Shown here in pieces: positions 1 to 9,465 of a stretch of DNA of 64,000 nt; the first letter of the stretch is position 1; each line of letters opens with the position of its first letter. The notes beneath the pieces were generated by a model. The model was not told where the DNA came from. It did no database searches and worked only from the letters and a program-made list of their open reading frames with translations. The DNA is from Candidatus Levyibacteriota bacterium. Its GTDB lineage: Bacteria > Patescibacteriota > Microgenomatia > Levybacterales > UBA12049. The DNA lies in NCBI GenBank assembly GCA_029260965.1, contig JAJDCG010000001.1, positions 20,803 to 84,802 of the forward strand, given 5' to 3'. Made by a program: the position numbers and the translations under genes.

Positions 1-264
1 CGAAACTTTAGCGAAAGAAAAATCCCTAGCATACAATAACTGTCCAGTCATCTTTACATGGATTGCAATACTGTAATCATTATCTAGATCTATTAACAGG
101 CCTTTACCAAATCTTCTCACCCTCTGAATTTTGGCACCTTTGCACATGCTTGTCTCTCCTGAAAAAATGCGTCTCAATCGAACATGAACATCTTCAATTT
201 CGTGATCAATTAAATATTTTTGAAGACCCAATCTGATTGTCTCAACCTCAGGTAATTCCGGCAT
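1..264 (-). CDS. mutM: Formamidopyrimidine-DNA glycosylase, 5' part (runs off window)
   Basis: Manual translation from ATG 264: MPELPEVETIRLGL...RRFGKGLLI...IHVKMTGQL; diagnostic N-terminal PELPEVE. Confidence 0.95.
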   Translation of the reverse strand, partial: MPELPEVETIRLGLQKYLIDHEIEDVHVRLRRIFSGETSMCKGAKIQRVRRFGKGLLIDLDNDYSIAIHVKMTGQLLYARDFSFAKVS

Positions 265-303
265 CAGAGGAATTATATCAAAGAATATTGTATAATGCGG
301 AAA

Positions 304-876
304 ATGAAAACAAACATCAAATTTAAAAGCCCCGAGGAATACAAAACTAACGACATATTGATTTCCAGAGAAATAATCAAGAAAAAAATTGAAGAAATGG
401 CAAAACAAATCTCCAAGGAATATAAAAATAACCACATACTGATAATTGGCGTTCTAAAGGGTGCATTTGTACTTGTTGCAGACCTTGTTCAAGCTCTCCA
501 TAATCTAGGCTTTGATAATTTCTCGGTCGAATTCGTGACTGTTTCAAGCTATAAAGGCACGGTCTCAACAGGTATACCTCTAATAACTGACAATATGGAG
601 GAAAACCCCAGAGACGAACACGTGCTTCTAGTTGATGATATTGTAGAAACAGCACTTACACTCTCAACCATTAAAAAAATAATCACAAATCAAAAAGCAA
701 AAAGTGTGAAATCGTTTGTATTACTCTCAAAGCCAACCAGCACAAAACCAGCTCTTAAGCCTGATTTCGTGGGATTTGAAATTCCCGACGTCTGGGTTGA
801 GGGATATGGAATGGATACAAACCAAATAGGACGAGGCAATCCTGATATTATAATTGGACCATCCAGTCAATCTTAA
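304..876 (+). CDS. hpt: Hypoxanthine phosphoribosyltransferase
   Basis: GVLKGA, SSY, VLLVDDIVETALTL PRPP loop, GYGMD; start moved to ATG 304, 7 nt after TATAAT. Confidence 0.85.
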   Translation: MKTNIKFKSPEEYKTNDILISREIIKKKIEEMAKQISKEYKNNHILIIGVLKGAFVLVADLVQALHNLGFDNFSVEFVTVSSYKGTVSTGIPLITDNMEENPRDEHVLLVDDIVETALTLSTIKKIITNQKAKSVKSFVLLSKPTSTKPALKPDFVGFEIPDVWVEGYGMDTNQIGRGNPDIIIGPSSQS

Positions 877-1277
877 AAAGATAATATCGCAACTCCAGCA
901 ATAGTCAAAACAATTCCCAATATCTTCATCGCACCCAAGGGTTCATGAAGAAAAATCCAAGAAAGTAACACTACTACAACAATATAGCTACTTGAAATCG
1001 CTGAGGCCAGTCCAACCGGCAGTTTGGTAAGAGAAAAAACAAATAACAGTGATCCTGCAGCCATCAAAAGTCCTGTAAAAATTCCAAGTGGTAACCCTTC
1101 TGTTGGAAATTTCAAATTCTTCTCGGCCAAATACATGGCTGGAAGCGTAATAATTAGCATGCCAAAAGCCATCAAAACATTTATCTGATAGGCACTAAGC
1201 GACTTCATGGCAAATTTCATCAAAAATGATGCTATTCCCACAAAAAAGACATATCCTGCTAAATATAGATATCCCAT
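873..1277 (-). CDS. EamA/DMT family small transporter
   Basis: 134 aa, about 5 TM, C-terminal LSWIFLHEPL...GIVLTIAG typical of EamA. Confidence 0.8.
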   Translation of the reverse strand: MGYLYLAGYVFFVGIASFLMKFAMKSLSAYQINVLMAFGMLIITLPAMYLAEKNLKFPTEGLPLGIFTGLLMAAGSLLFVFSLTKLPVGLASAISSSYIVVVVLLSWIFLHEPLGAMKILGIVLTIAGVAILSF

Positions 1278-1302
1278 CTTTTTATTTTAACACAAGCTTT
1301 TT

Positions 1303-2277
1303 CTAGCGACTCAACGCTTTTTTAATTTCCACCAAACCTTCTTCAAAATCAACAATTACTTTATATCCCAACTCTTTTTTTATTTTTGCAATATTATATC
1401 GACGCGACTGAGCAGTAAATGCCCAGGTAAATCTGGTAAGAGGAGGATGCGATTTTAGAAATAAAACCTTCCATACAAGCTCAACTACTACCGCTAATCC
1501 ATAGGCAAAGCCTGATGAAATATTCTTTTTGGGAATTTTTAAATTATATATCTTCAGAAGCCTTATCAGATACTCACGAAATGTTAATCCTGCCTCATCT
1601 GTCACATAATAAATTTCTTTATCTTTCCCTTTTTCAAGACTAAGCATAATTGCCTCTGTTACATTCTCAACATGTGATGTTTCAAACAGGCTTTTTCCTT
1701 TATCTATCCAGACAAATCCACCTGATCTTATTTTATCAATAAGCGCATTCGTGCCGTTACTTCCAACTCCCCAAATATATGAGGGTCTTATGATGATAAT
1801 TTTTGTATTTGTTTTTTTAGAATTTGAAAGCGCTATTTCTGCTTCCTTTTTTGCTCTACCATAGTTTGAATTGGGATTTTTGGGATATAGGTATGATTCA
1901 TCAATATCAATTAATGGCTTTTTGTCCTGAAGCGCTGCTTCAGAGCTGATATAAATAAATCTTTTTACCTTTTGCCTAGACGCACTCTCAAACAATTTCT
2001 TGCTCGCAAGAGTTATTGCTTTGTAATAAAAATCCCACGGTCCCCAAAAAGTAACAGGTGCAGCAAGATGAATCACCACATCAACTCCTGAAAGCTGGTC
2101 TTTCCAGTTGTCAATATCATCAAGTGAGCCCTCAACTATTTTAATCCCCTTTTTCTCAAGATCTGAACTTTTATCAGGACTTCTTGAGAGAATACTCACA
2201 ACATGTTTTTCTTCCAGCAAACGCTTAAGCACATGCCTTCCCAAAAATCCTGTTGCTCCAGTTACAAACACTTTCAT
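1303..2277 (-). CDS. NAD-dependent epimerase/dehydratase (3-beta-HSD-like extended SDR)
   Basis: TGATGFLG, HLAA, YGRAK (YxxxK), RPSYIWG. Confidence 0.9.
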   Translation of the reverse strand: MKVFVTGATGFLGRHVLKRLLEEKHVVSILSRSPDKSSDLEKKGIKIVEGSLDDIDNWKDQLSGVDVVIHLAAPVTFWGPWDFYYKAITLASKKLFESASRQKVKRFIYISSEAALQDKKPLIDIDESYLYPKNPNSNYGRAKKEAEIALSNSKKTNTKIIIIRPSYIWGVGSNGTNALIDKIRSGGFVWIDKGKSLFETSHVENVTEAIMLSLEKGKDKEIYYVTDEAGLTFREYLIRLLKIYNLKIPKKNISSGFAYGLAVVVELVWKVLFLKSHPPLTRFTWAFTAQSRRYNIAKIKKELGYKVIVDFEEGLVEIKKALSR

Positions 2278-2375
2278 GTCTTATTTATTTTATTATTTAC
2301 AAACTCGCTTATTTGTTTTTTAAATCTCGCAGAAGAAAATTTCCCTGCTTGCTTGATACAATTTTCCTTAAAAAT

Positions 2376-2401
2376 GTCATTCTGAGCAGAGAAAAGAATC
2401 T
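2376..2401 (+). repeat. Short palindromic element TTCTGAGC-N6-AAGAA, in frame inside the GT gene
   Basis: gtcattctgagcagagaaaagaatct; shares core and spacing with copies at 2467 and 23266. Confidence 0.55.
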
Positions 2402-2466
2402 CAAATCTTTTTATAGCCTCATTCAGCGCCTCTGAAGTGTTCTTATCAAAGAACAATCCAGTCGCA

Positions 2467-2489
2467 GACCCTGAACTCTTCAAAGGGTC
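2467..2489 (+). repeat. Short palindromic element CCCTGAAC-N6-AAGGG inside the GT gene
   Basis: gaccctgaactcttcaaagggtc with GACCCT/AGGGTC arms; encodes DPLKSSGS insert. Confidence 0.6.
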
Positions 2490-2827
2490 AATTACCGTTT
2501 CTTTTACTCCACCCGAATGATAAGCAATAACTGGCGTCCCACACATCATCGCCTCAACTGGTGTAATCCCAAAATCCTCATCAACGGATGCAAAAACAAA
2601 CGCCCTAGCATTTGTCATCAGTTCTAATTTCTGCTCATCAGTTACCTCACCCAAGAATTCTATATTTTCTTGCTTGTTGCTTTTTGCTTTTTGCTTTAAC
2701 TCCTCCTCAAATCCCGCAAATCCTTTCCCAAATATTTTAAGTGGTAATTTATTTTCATTAAAAGCTTTCACTATCACATCAACACCTTTTGCTCTAGCCA
2801 GTCTCCCACCTGTCAGGTAATAATTAC

Positions 2828-2860
2828 TGGATCTTGGATCTTGGATCTTGGATCTTGGAT
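2828..2860. repeat. Perfect heptamer tract (TGGATCT)4.7
   Basis: Read directly from sequence. Confidence 0.97.
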
Positions 2861-3102
2861 TTCAACTGGCGGATATATAACTGTCGCATCTTGCTGATAA
2901 AATTTCTTGATCCTGCCTTTTACTTCTTCAGAATTGGCAATAAAATAATCAACGTTTTTTGAAGCTAAAAAATCTACTTTTCTCAAAAAATAATTTGCAA
3001 TTTCTGCAAAAAAAGCAAAAAACTTGTTTTTTTTCCAGTCTCTGGCTGTCTTATATCCATATAAATATCTCGGAGGTGTATGGGTGTAGCAAATCAGAAT
3101 TG

Positions 3103-3132
3103 GATCTTTGATCTTTGATCTTTGATCTTTGA
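3103..3132. repeat. Perfect heptamer tract (GATCTTT)4.3
   Basis: Read directly; encodes KDQRSKIKD in the GT N half. Confidence 0.97.
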
Positions 3133-3498
3133 ATCTGTTCCCAACCCAGTTGGGAAAATATGCTCCAGTTTGCGAGACAATCACCACGTCATAGCCTGAC
3201 AAATCAAGGCTGGAGAAAGCAAAAGGAGATAAAAGACGAAGAGGTGAAATCAATTTCTGGCGAAATGGAATCTTGTCCAGAAATGTCGTCTTTATTTTAT
3301 ATTTCTCAAACCTTTTTCTATGCGGACCAAGATAGTCTGGTGCATAAATAGATGTATAGACAGTAGCATCAGGATAAATCTGAAGAAGTGTCTCAAGCAC
3401 TCGCTCTGCCCCACCGTATTCTTTTATGTAATCATGAACTATCGCAACTTTCATTTCCTGATTATAGCTTTTTTATGAGTGTTTGGCGAGAAAAAATA

Positions 3499-3526
3499 TT
3501 GACAACTTTAACAAAACACTTATACT
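3499..3526 (+). promoter_or_regulatory. Sigma70-type promoter TTGACA-N16-TATACT
   Basis: Near-consensus hexamers, ATG 8 nt downstream at 3535. Confidence 0.7.
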
Positions 3527-3534
3527 TTCATTGC

Positions 3535-3990
3535 ATGGAAGATAAAGCTGACAGTAATGAGCAACAAACCCAAACTATAGAAGGTGTTTTTTTTGAGGTA
3601 AGAAATTACCTTTCAGATCCTTCACATCGCTTAAGAATCAATGTTGTTAATGACTGTGCAAAATTTATTGAAGGTGGAGCAACAAATAAAATAATACTAG
3701 AAGCAATAACGGATCCTGAAAATCAAATTAGTTCTTCTTCATAAAACGCTAGAATGGAACAAATAAAACAAGAAGTAAGAATCAATTGCTCTAAAAATAC
3801 TGACTACATTACTACACTGGCAGAATTCTGGGATAAATTTTATAAAAAACTTCTCAATGCTGAAAAAACAAGACTTAGATCTACTAGTCCTGCTATAAAA
3901 CCCGATTCAACACTTGAACAAAGAACAGCGGAGGGAAATATTGCAGCAGGTTTAAGAGAACAAATAGAACAAGCTAGCTTCAATGGCTAA
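3535..3990 (+). pseudogene. Hypothetical protein split by an in-frame TAA at 3742-3744 (or two small genes)
   Basis: ORFs 3535..3744 and 3754..3990 are in the same frame, separated by TAA AAC GCT AGA. Confidence 0.5.
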
Positions 3991-4988
3991 ACATCAAATC
4001 CAAGCTGTTCTCCATCACTCTTGCTGTCTTCTTTTTCTTCTTCAGGTTCTGATTTTTTATTCAAACCAAACACATCATCAAACCTCTTTGTCAGGCTTTT
4101 AAATCCCTGGTCCACAAACTCTTTATGAAGCGCCGTAGGGTCAAAATCCAAGATCTTGCATTTCTCAGGATCAAATTGGATTGGTACGTCTGTTACGATT
4201 TGCGCCAGCTTCTTGGCAAGTGCTGCCTGCTCAGCATCAGTTGCGAGTTTAAGACCTATTTTCTCAGGCAGATTCCCTACATGTTTGTAAAGATTCTCGA
4301 AAGTGCCATATTCTTGTATGAGCTTGGCTGCAGTCTTGGGCCCAATGCCCGCCACCCCTGGATAACCATCAGACGGGTCTCCAATCAGTGCTTTGTAATC
4401 AACAAACTGAGAAGGAGTAACACCATACTTCTCCTCAACTGACTTTTCATCCATCAAAAGCGTTTTAGTAATACCAGTTATCGGCATAAGGATCTTTACA
4501 TGCCCATTTACAAGCTGCAGCAAATCCCGATCACCTGTTACTATGATAATTTCCAATTTCAAATTTTTTTTCTTTTTTTTATTTGAAATTTGAGATTTGG
4601 AATTGGTATTATTGGTATTTATTCTGGCCGCTTGCGAAGCAATGGTGCCAAGGAGGTCATCTGCCTCATATCCATCCAGTTCAAATACCGCGACTTTCAG
4701 CTTTTCCAAAAAGTCATGAACAAGTGCGATTTGAGGCACAAAATCCTCAGGCAAATCAGGTCTACCCTGTTGGTATCCCGCAAACATAGTTTGTCTAAAA
4801 GTAGGCTTGGGTCTATCAAAACAAACCGCCAGATACTCTGGTTTTTGATCCTGGATAATAAGAAGAAGCATAGAGAAAAAGCCATAAACAGCATTTATTA
4901 CCATTCCCTGATTATTGGTAAGAGGTGGATATGCATGATAAGCCCTGTGCAGAATGGCATTCCCATCTATCAAAATAAGTCTACTCAC
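3987..4988 (-). CDS. Stand-alone 5'-3' exonuclease (DNA polymerase I N-terminal domain)
   Basis: LIDGN, YEADD, TGDRDLLQL, GDPSDGYPGVAGIGPKTA; no polymerase domain follows. Confidence 0.92.
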   Translation of the reverse strand: MSRLILIDGNAILHRAYHAYPPLTNNQGMVINAVYGFFSMLLLIIQDQKPEYLAVCFDRPKPTFRQTMFAGYQQGRPDLPEDFVPQIALVHDFLEKLKVAVFELDGYEADDLLGTIASQAARINTNNTNSKSQISNKKKKKNLKLEIIIVTGDRDLLQLVNGHVKILMPITGITKTLLMDEKSVEEKYGVTPSQFVDYKALIGDPSDGYPGVAGIGPKTAAKLIQEYGTFENLYKHVGNLPEKIGLKLATDAEQAALAKKLAQIVTDVPIQFDPEKCKILDFDPTALHKEFVDQGFKSLTKRFDDVFGLNKKSEPEEEKEDSKSDGEQLGFDV

Positions 4989-4997
4989 CTTTGTATT

Positions 4998-6082
4998 CTA
5001 ACATAGGTTTATTTTTTTAACTTCCAAAATCTCAGAAACAAAATTTTCAAAGTCCGTAACAGTCTGACCAAACCATAAAACTCCGTGATCTTTCAATATT
5101 AACCAGTCATCCCCTATACGCTTTATCTCGCGCACAATTTTATCCACAGATTCAAATCTTCCGTACTCAATAACTTTTTCAGTTTTGTGATCATCAAACC
5201 TAGACCCCCGAGTTATTTCATTTTGATGAAAATGAATTGCCATTCTTTTCTTTCCCAACATTTCCAAAGCTGCAGCCATCTCAATATCAAATGTCGGGAT
5301 TTTCACACCTGTAAAATATGCTAAATTTTCTTTTTTTGAAAAATGATGAACCAAGCTAAAATTGTTTGGACTCATCAAAGTCTTATCTGTATATGTTTAC
5401 GAAACCAAATATTCTCTGTTAGTTCTGAAAGCTAATGCGCCATCTGTCGGCGCCCTGTTCCACAAATCATATTCATGATAAACTCTTCTTAATCCCTCAA
5501 TCTCTGGCTGCAAACTTTCCTGCGCACCCTGCAATCTCATCTCTGCATCCGCTGAGCTATCTCTTCTTGCCTCATATTTCAAACGGACCGTCTCTCACAA
5601 ACCATACTGTCTGCTGCATATCTTGCAGAAACTGTCCTGATGCCACGCTCCCTATCTAACTCGCTTGGATAAATTGTATGTAAATTCAATCTCCTATCCA
5701 AATCCCGTATTTCACTTCCTTGCTTCATATCATAATTATCAGAGTATGCAGAAACAACATTGATTCTTGCATTCGGTATTTGCCCGAGTCTTTTCAAATA
5801 TTCTTGCTCTTGTTGATTTAAGCCTAGTGGATTTATGGGTCCGATCAAAACAAAAGATACAGATCTGCCCAATCTTGATAATTCTCCCCATGAAAGTCTT
5901 TGTGGAACAATTCCATACAGATCGCGCACTTCATCAAAAGCTGGTTTAAAAATACGCGATTCTACATAATCATTAAATCTACCCTTAGGAGGCACTACGA
6001 AATGGTATGAAAAATCAGAAACAGTCGGCTGCTCCCTGAAATCAATGAGATTAGGTCTTGTTCTCAAGCGTTTCTGAATCAT
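4998..6082 (-). pseudogene. Probable single gene with a C-terminal class II aldolase/adducin-like domain, broken into three ORFs
   Basis: 5397..5582 and 4998..5378 are in frame across one TAA; IHFH and LKDHGVL metal motifs; 5579..6082 joins them if one GA is removed from GAGAGA at 5591-5596. Confidence 0.55.
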
Positions 6083-6089
6083 AAATAAA

Positions 6090-6797
6090 TTATCTCTGTT
6101 TTAGGTTTATTATTAGCGGATTAAAGTCAGTCTTTTTATCAAAATAATCCTCGTTCTCAGCCTTTTTTACTTTAGCAACTGCATAGTATGTGACCGGTGT
6201 CATTACAGTCTCTACCATTACTTTCAACAACCAGCCTGAGAGGATTGTCTGAAATAACAAACCAGATGGTATAACATTTGACAGTGCAATAGAATAAAAA
6301 AGAACCGTGTCAAAAAACTGTCCGGCGATTGTGGACCCTATCGTTCTTGTCCAAAGATATTTTCCTTTTGTCATCACTTTCATCTTTGCCAAAACAAAAT
6401 CATTGACAAATTGTCCTGCAAAAAAAGCAATTAATCCTCCCACAACTATTCTAGGCGCCTGCCCAAATACAATCGTATATGCGTCATTAAATTTGAATCC
6501 AAGAGCCGGTGGCATAATAACTACAAAGGTGTAAATTACCGCTGTCAAAATCTGAGCAAATATCAATATCCATGTTGCGCGCCTTGCGTGTCTGTATCCA
6601 TAAACCTCGGTTAATAAATCCCCTATTAGGTAAGTTAAAGGAAAATAAAAAACTGTTACCGAAACAGGAAAGATCCATAGTTGGGTTATTTTCCCAGCAG
6701 TAGTATTGGCAATTATTATCATCGCCACATCAAGCCAGATGATAAGCTCTAAATACTTGTATGCCTTATTGGAGCTATTCTTTAAATAATTTTTCAT
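6090..6797 (-). CDS. yhhQ: Queuosine precursor transporter (YhhQ/VUT family)
   Basis: FPLTYLIGDLLTEVYG, RTIGSTIAGQFFDT motifs, multi-TM. Confidence 0.9.
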   Translation of the reverse strand: MKNYLKNSSNKAYKYLELIIWLDVAMIIIANTTAGKITQLWIFPVSVTVFYFPLTYLIGDLLTEVYGYRHARRATWILIFAQILTAVIYTFVVIMPPALGFKFNDAYTIVFGQAPRIVVGGLIAFFAGQFVNDFVLAKMKVMTKGKYLWTRTIGSTIAGQFFDTVLFYSIALSNVIPSGLLFQTILSGWLLKVMVETVMTPVTYYAVAKVKKAENEDYFDKKTDFNPLIINLKQR

Positions 6798-6856
6798 TTG
6801 ATTTAGAGTATGATATCTGTTAATGATGTTTTAACCAAATTATGTTAAAATTAATC

Positions 6857-7567
6857 ATGACCAATTATTTGCTGCGCTCACTTACGCCTCAATCTATTGA
6901 GATCTACAAAGCATTACTCAAGAATGATAAGCTAACAGCTAAAGACATTGCAGAAAAACTAGATATCCTCCCCCATGCAGTTTACCGAAGTATTAAGCAG
7001 CTACTTGAGCTTGGCTTTGTTCGCGAACTTGATACGTACCCAAATGTCTATGATGCAACCACACTTGAGCGCGCGCTCAATCGCTATCAAGTAATAATAA
7101 GTGATAATTTTAACTCCATATTTGGACTTATTCAGCATAATAAAAACGAGCTACTTGATATCTCCTTTATCCAAAAAAGATCTCAGCTTCTTGACATGAC
7201 AAATGCAGATGTTGAGCGTGCAAAGAAAAAAATAAACTTTATTGTATCTGGATTTGAAGTACCTGCCGAGACTGTTCGCGTTTATAAAAAAGCGATTGAT
7301 AGAGGGGTCAAAATCCGCGTTCTTATTCAGGAATTAAACCAAAAAGAAATATTTAAAAATTGGCAAAAAATGGGTATAAAAGTCAAATATTTTCCCAGAA
7401 TGGAGGCCAGGATTTTTATTTTTGACGAAAAAATAGTCTTCTTCACATCATACGATAAAAAGCACAAACAAGAAGCCATTGGTATGCGATTTAACCATCC
7501 CCCATTTGCCAGGATGATGAGGGAGATGTTTGATGCGAGATGGAAAGTTGGGGAAGAAATTGATTAA
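6857..7567 (+). CDS. TrmB-family transcriptional regulator (wHTH plus PLD-like sensor domain)
   Basis: N-terminal LTAKDIAEKLDI..VYRSIKQLLELGFV; C-terminal RGVKIRVL..IFIFDEK. Confidence 0.8.
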   Translation: MTNYLLRSLTPQSIEIYKALLKNDKLTAKDIAEKLDILPHAVYRSIKQLLELGFVRELDTYPNVYDATTLERALNRYQVIISDNFNSIFGLIQHNKNELLDISFIQKRSQLLDMTNADVERAKKKINFIVSGFEVPAETVRVYKKAIDRGVKIRVLIQELNQKEIFKNWQKMGIKVKYFPRMEARIFIFDEKIVFFTSYDKKHKQEAIGMRFNHPPFARMMREMFDARWKVGEEID

Positions 7568-9429
7568 TTTTTGACAGGTACTGTTGCCAAACCTTTTTTA
7601 ACACCTATTAATTTAATAAAATCTTCAGAATCAATTGTTTCTTTTTTGAGAAGCTCCATAGCAAGAGTATCAAGCTTTTTTCTAAGCTTCACCAAGACCT
7701 CATTTGCCTTTTTGTAGGCTGCATCAGATATTTTTTTAACCTCTGCATCAATTTTGGCAGCCATTTCTGGTGAAACATCTGATTGTTCATAAATTGATCT
7801 ACCTGAATCGTATGTAATAGGACCCAAATCGCTCATGCCAAATTTGGTTACCATAGCTCGAGCAACCTGAGTCGCCTTGTCAATATCATCACTAGCTCCA
7901 GTTGTAATATCTTTAAAAACAAGACTCTCCGCAGCGCGCCCTCCCATCATCACAGCAATCTGCTCAAGAAGATGCGCCTTGGTCTCATGCACTCTTTCTA
8001 TTGATTCAGTCATCGTGTGTCCCAGGCTCATACCACGTGAGACAATTGAAATGCGATGGATTGGATCAACATGGGGCATTTCCCAGGCAACAAGTGCATG
8101 TCCTGCCTCGTGATAGGCTGTCATCTTGCGGTCATGATCTGACTGAAGCCTTTTTTTCTCAGGACCCAATTTAACACGTGTTGCTGATTCTTCAAGATCA
8201 GCCATGTCAATTGCTTTTTTAGAGTGTCTTGCTGCTGCAATTGCTGCCTCATTGAGCATATTCTCAAGATCAGCGCCCGAAAATCCAACAGTTCTCTTGG
8301 CTACTTTTTGCCAATCAACCTTACCATCAAAGGGCTTACCCTTAGCATGAATCTCAAGAATTTTCTTTCTTCCCTCAACATCTGGCAGATCCAAAACAAC
8401 TCGACGGTCGAATCGACCAGGCCTTACTAATGCGGGATCCAAAACGTCTGGTCTATTAGTTGCTGCCATCACAATAACATGCTCGTTTGGTGTAAATCCA
8501 TCCATCTCAACTAAAATCTGATTAAGGGTCTGCTCACGTTCATCATGGCCTCCCATCATGCCAACTCCCCGCTGACGACCAATTGCATCAACCTCGTCAA
8601 TGAATATTATTGCAGGCTGGGCTTTTTTGGCAGTATTAAATAAATCACGAACTCTGCTTGCACCCACCCCAACAAGCATTTCCATAAATTCTGAACCTGC
8701 CATTGAGAAAAAAGAAACCCCGGCCTCACCTGCTGTAGCTCGTGCCAAAAGCGTCTTGCCGGTTCCAGCAGGTCCAACCATCAAAACTCCTTTGGGGGTT
8801 CTAGCACCCATGGCGCGATATTTAACTGGACTTTTTAGAAAATCAACAATCTCAGCAAGCTCTTGCTTAGCCTCGTCAACTCCTGCAACATCAGCAAAAG
8901 TGACCTTGGGGTTATCTTTATTAAAAAGCTTGGCCCGAGACTGACCAAAAGAAAAAATACCCTCCTGTGCTCCTCGTGCCTGACGAAAAATAAAATAGAA
9001 AAACCCGATCATCAGAGCAATTGGGAGAACAGCTGAGAGAATACCAAACAAATTATTCATAGCAGTCTCATCCCTAACCGTTACCTTGGTCTTATCAAGA
9101 CTGATTCCTGCATCTCTAAAAATTGTATAAATATTTGAGCCGGGCTCTTTTACAGACTCAAACTCTTTATCGTCTTTTGTAGTTACTGTCAGTTGCTCAC
9201 CATTGATAGAAATCTCCTTAACATTACCCTTCTCGACCTCATCAATCACCCGTGACAAGGGTTCATTATTCTGCTGATCAGTTGTTGCACCTATTGCAGA
9301 GAATGTAAAAAGTGAAAAAAGAAGAAGGGTGCCATAAAGAAGTATGTTTTTCCAAGAAAAACCGCCTTTATGCTTATGGTTTCTTCTCTTACTGTTTGGG
9401 GAAAGCTTCCTACCTCGTACTACTGCCAT
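7564..9429 (-). CDS. ftsH: ATP-dependent zinc metalloprotease FtsH
   Basis: 2 [30 protein letters not shown]. Confidence 0.98.
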   Translation of the reverse strand: MAVVRGRKLSPNSKRRNHKHKGGFSWKNILLYGTLLLFSLFTFSAIGATTDQQNNEPLSRVIDEVEKGNVKEISINGEQLTVTTKDDKEFESVKEPGSNIYTIFRDAGISLDKTKVTVRDETAMNNLFGILSAVLPIALMIGFFYFIFRQARGAQEGIFSFGQSRAKLFNKDNPKVTFADVAGVDEAKQELAEIVDFLKSPVKYRAMGARTPKGVLMVGPAGTGKTLLARATAGEAGVSFFSMAGSEFMEMLVGVGASRVRDLFNTAKKAQPAIIFIDEVDAIGRQRGVGMMGGHDEREQTLNQILVEMDGFTPNEHVIVMAATNRPDVLDPALVRPGRFDRRVVLDLPDVEGRKKILEIHAKGKPFDGKVDWQKVAKRTVGFSGADLENMLNEAAIAAARHSKKAIDMADLEESATRVKLGPEKKRLQSDHDRKMTAYHEAGHALVAWEMPHVDPIHRISIVSRGMSLGHTMTESIERVHETKAHLLEQIAVMMGGRAAESLVFKDITTGASDDIDKATQVARAMVTKFGMSDLGPITYDSGRSIYEQSDVSPEMAAKIDAEVKKISDAAYKKANEVLVKLRKKLDTLAMELLKKETIDSEDFIKLIGVKKGLATVPVKN

Positions 9430-9465
9430 ATTAAAGTAGTTGTGAGTATAGCACAAAAACTAGAC

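Larger units (their letters stand above)
2274..3454 (-). pseudogene. GT4 glycosyltransferase, frameshifted at a 7-bp tandem repeat (ORFs 2813..3454 plus 2274..2777)
   Basis: N half MKVAIVHD..GGAERV..YPPV; C half continues in another frame SNYYLTGGRLARAKG..EDFGITPVEAM; break lies in (ATCCAAG)4 at 2828-2860. Confidence 0.9.

Noticed and set aside
3742-5399. Stop-codon reassignment suggested by two in-frame TAA codons
   Set aside because: TAA, TAG and TGA all terminate well-conserved genes at expected lengths, and core genes have no internal stops.
6798-6856. preQ1 riboswitch upstream of yhhQ
   Set aside because: The 59-bp gap is occupied by divergent -10 boxes; no preQ1 stem or A-rich tail is recognisable.
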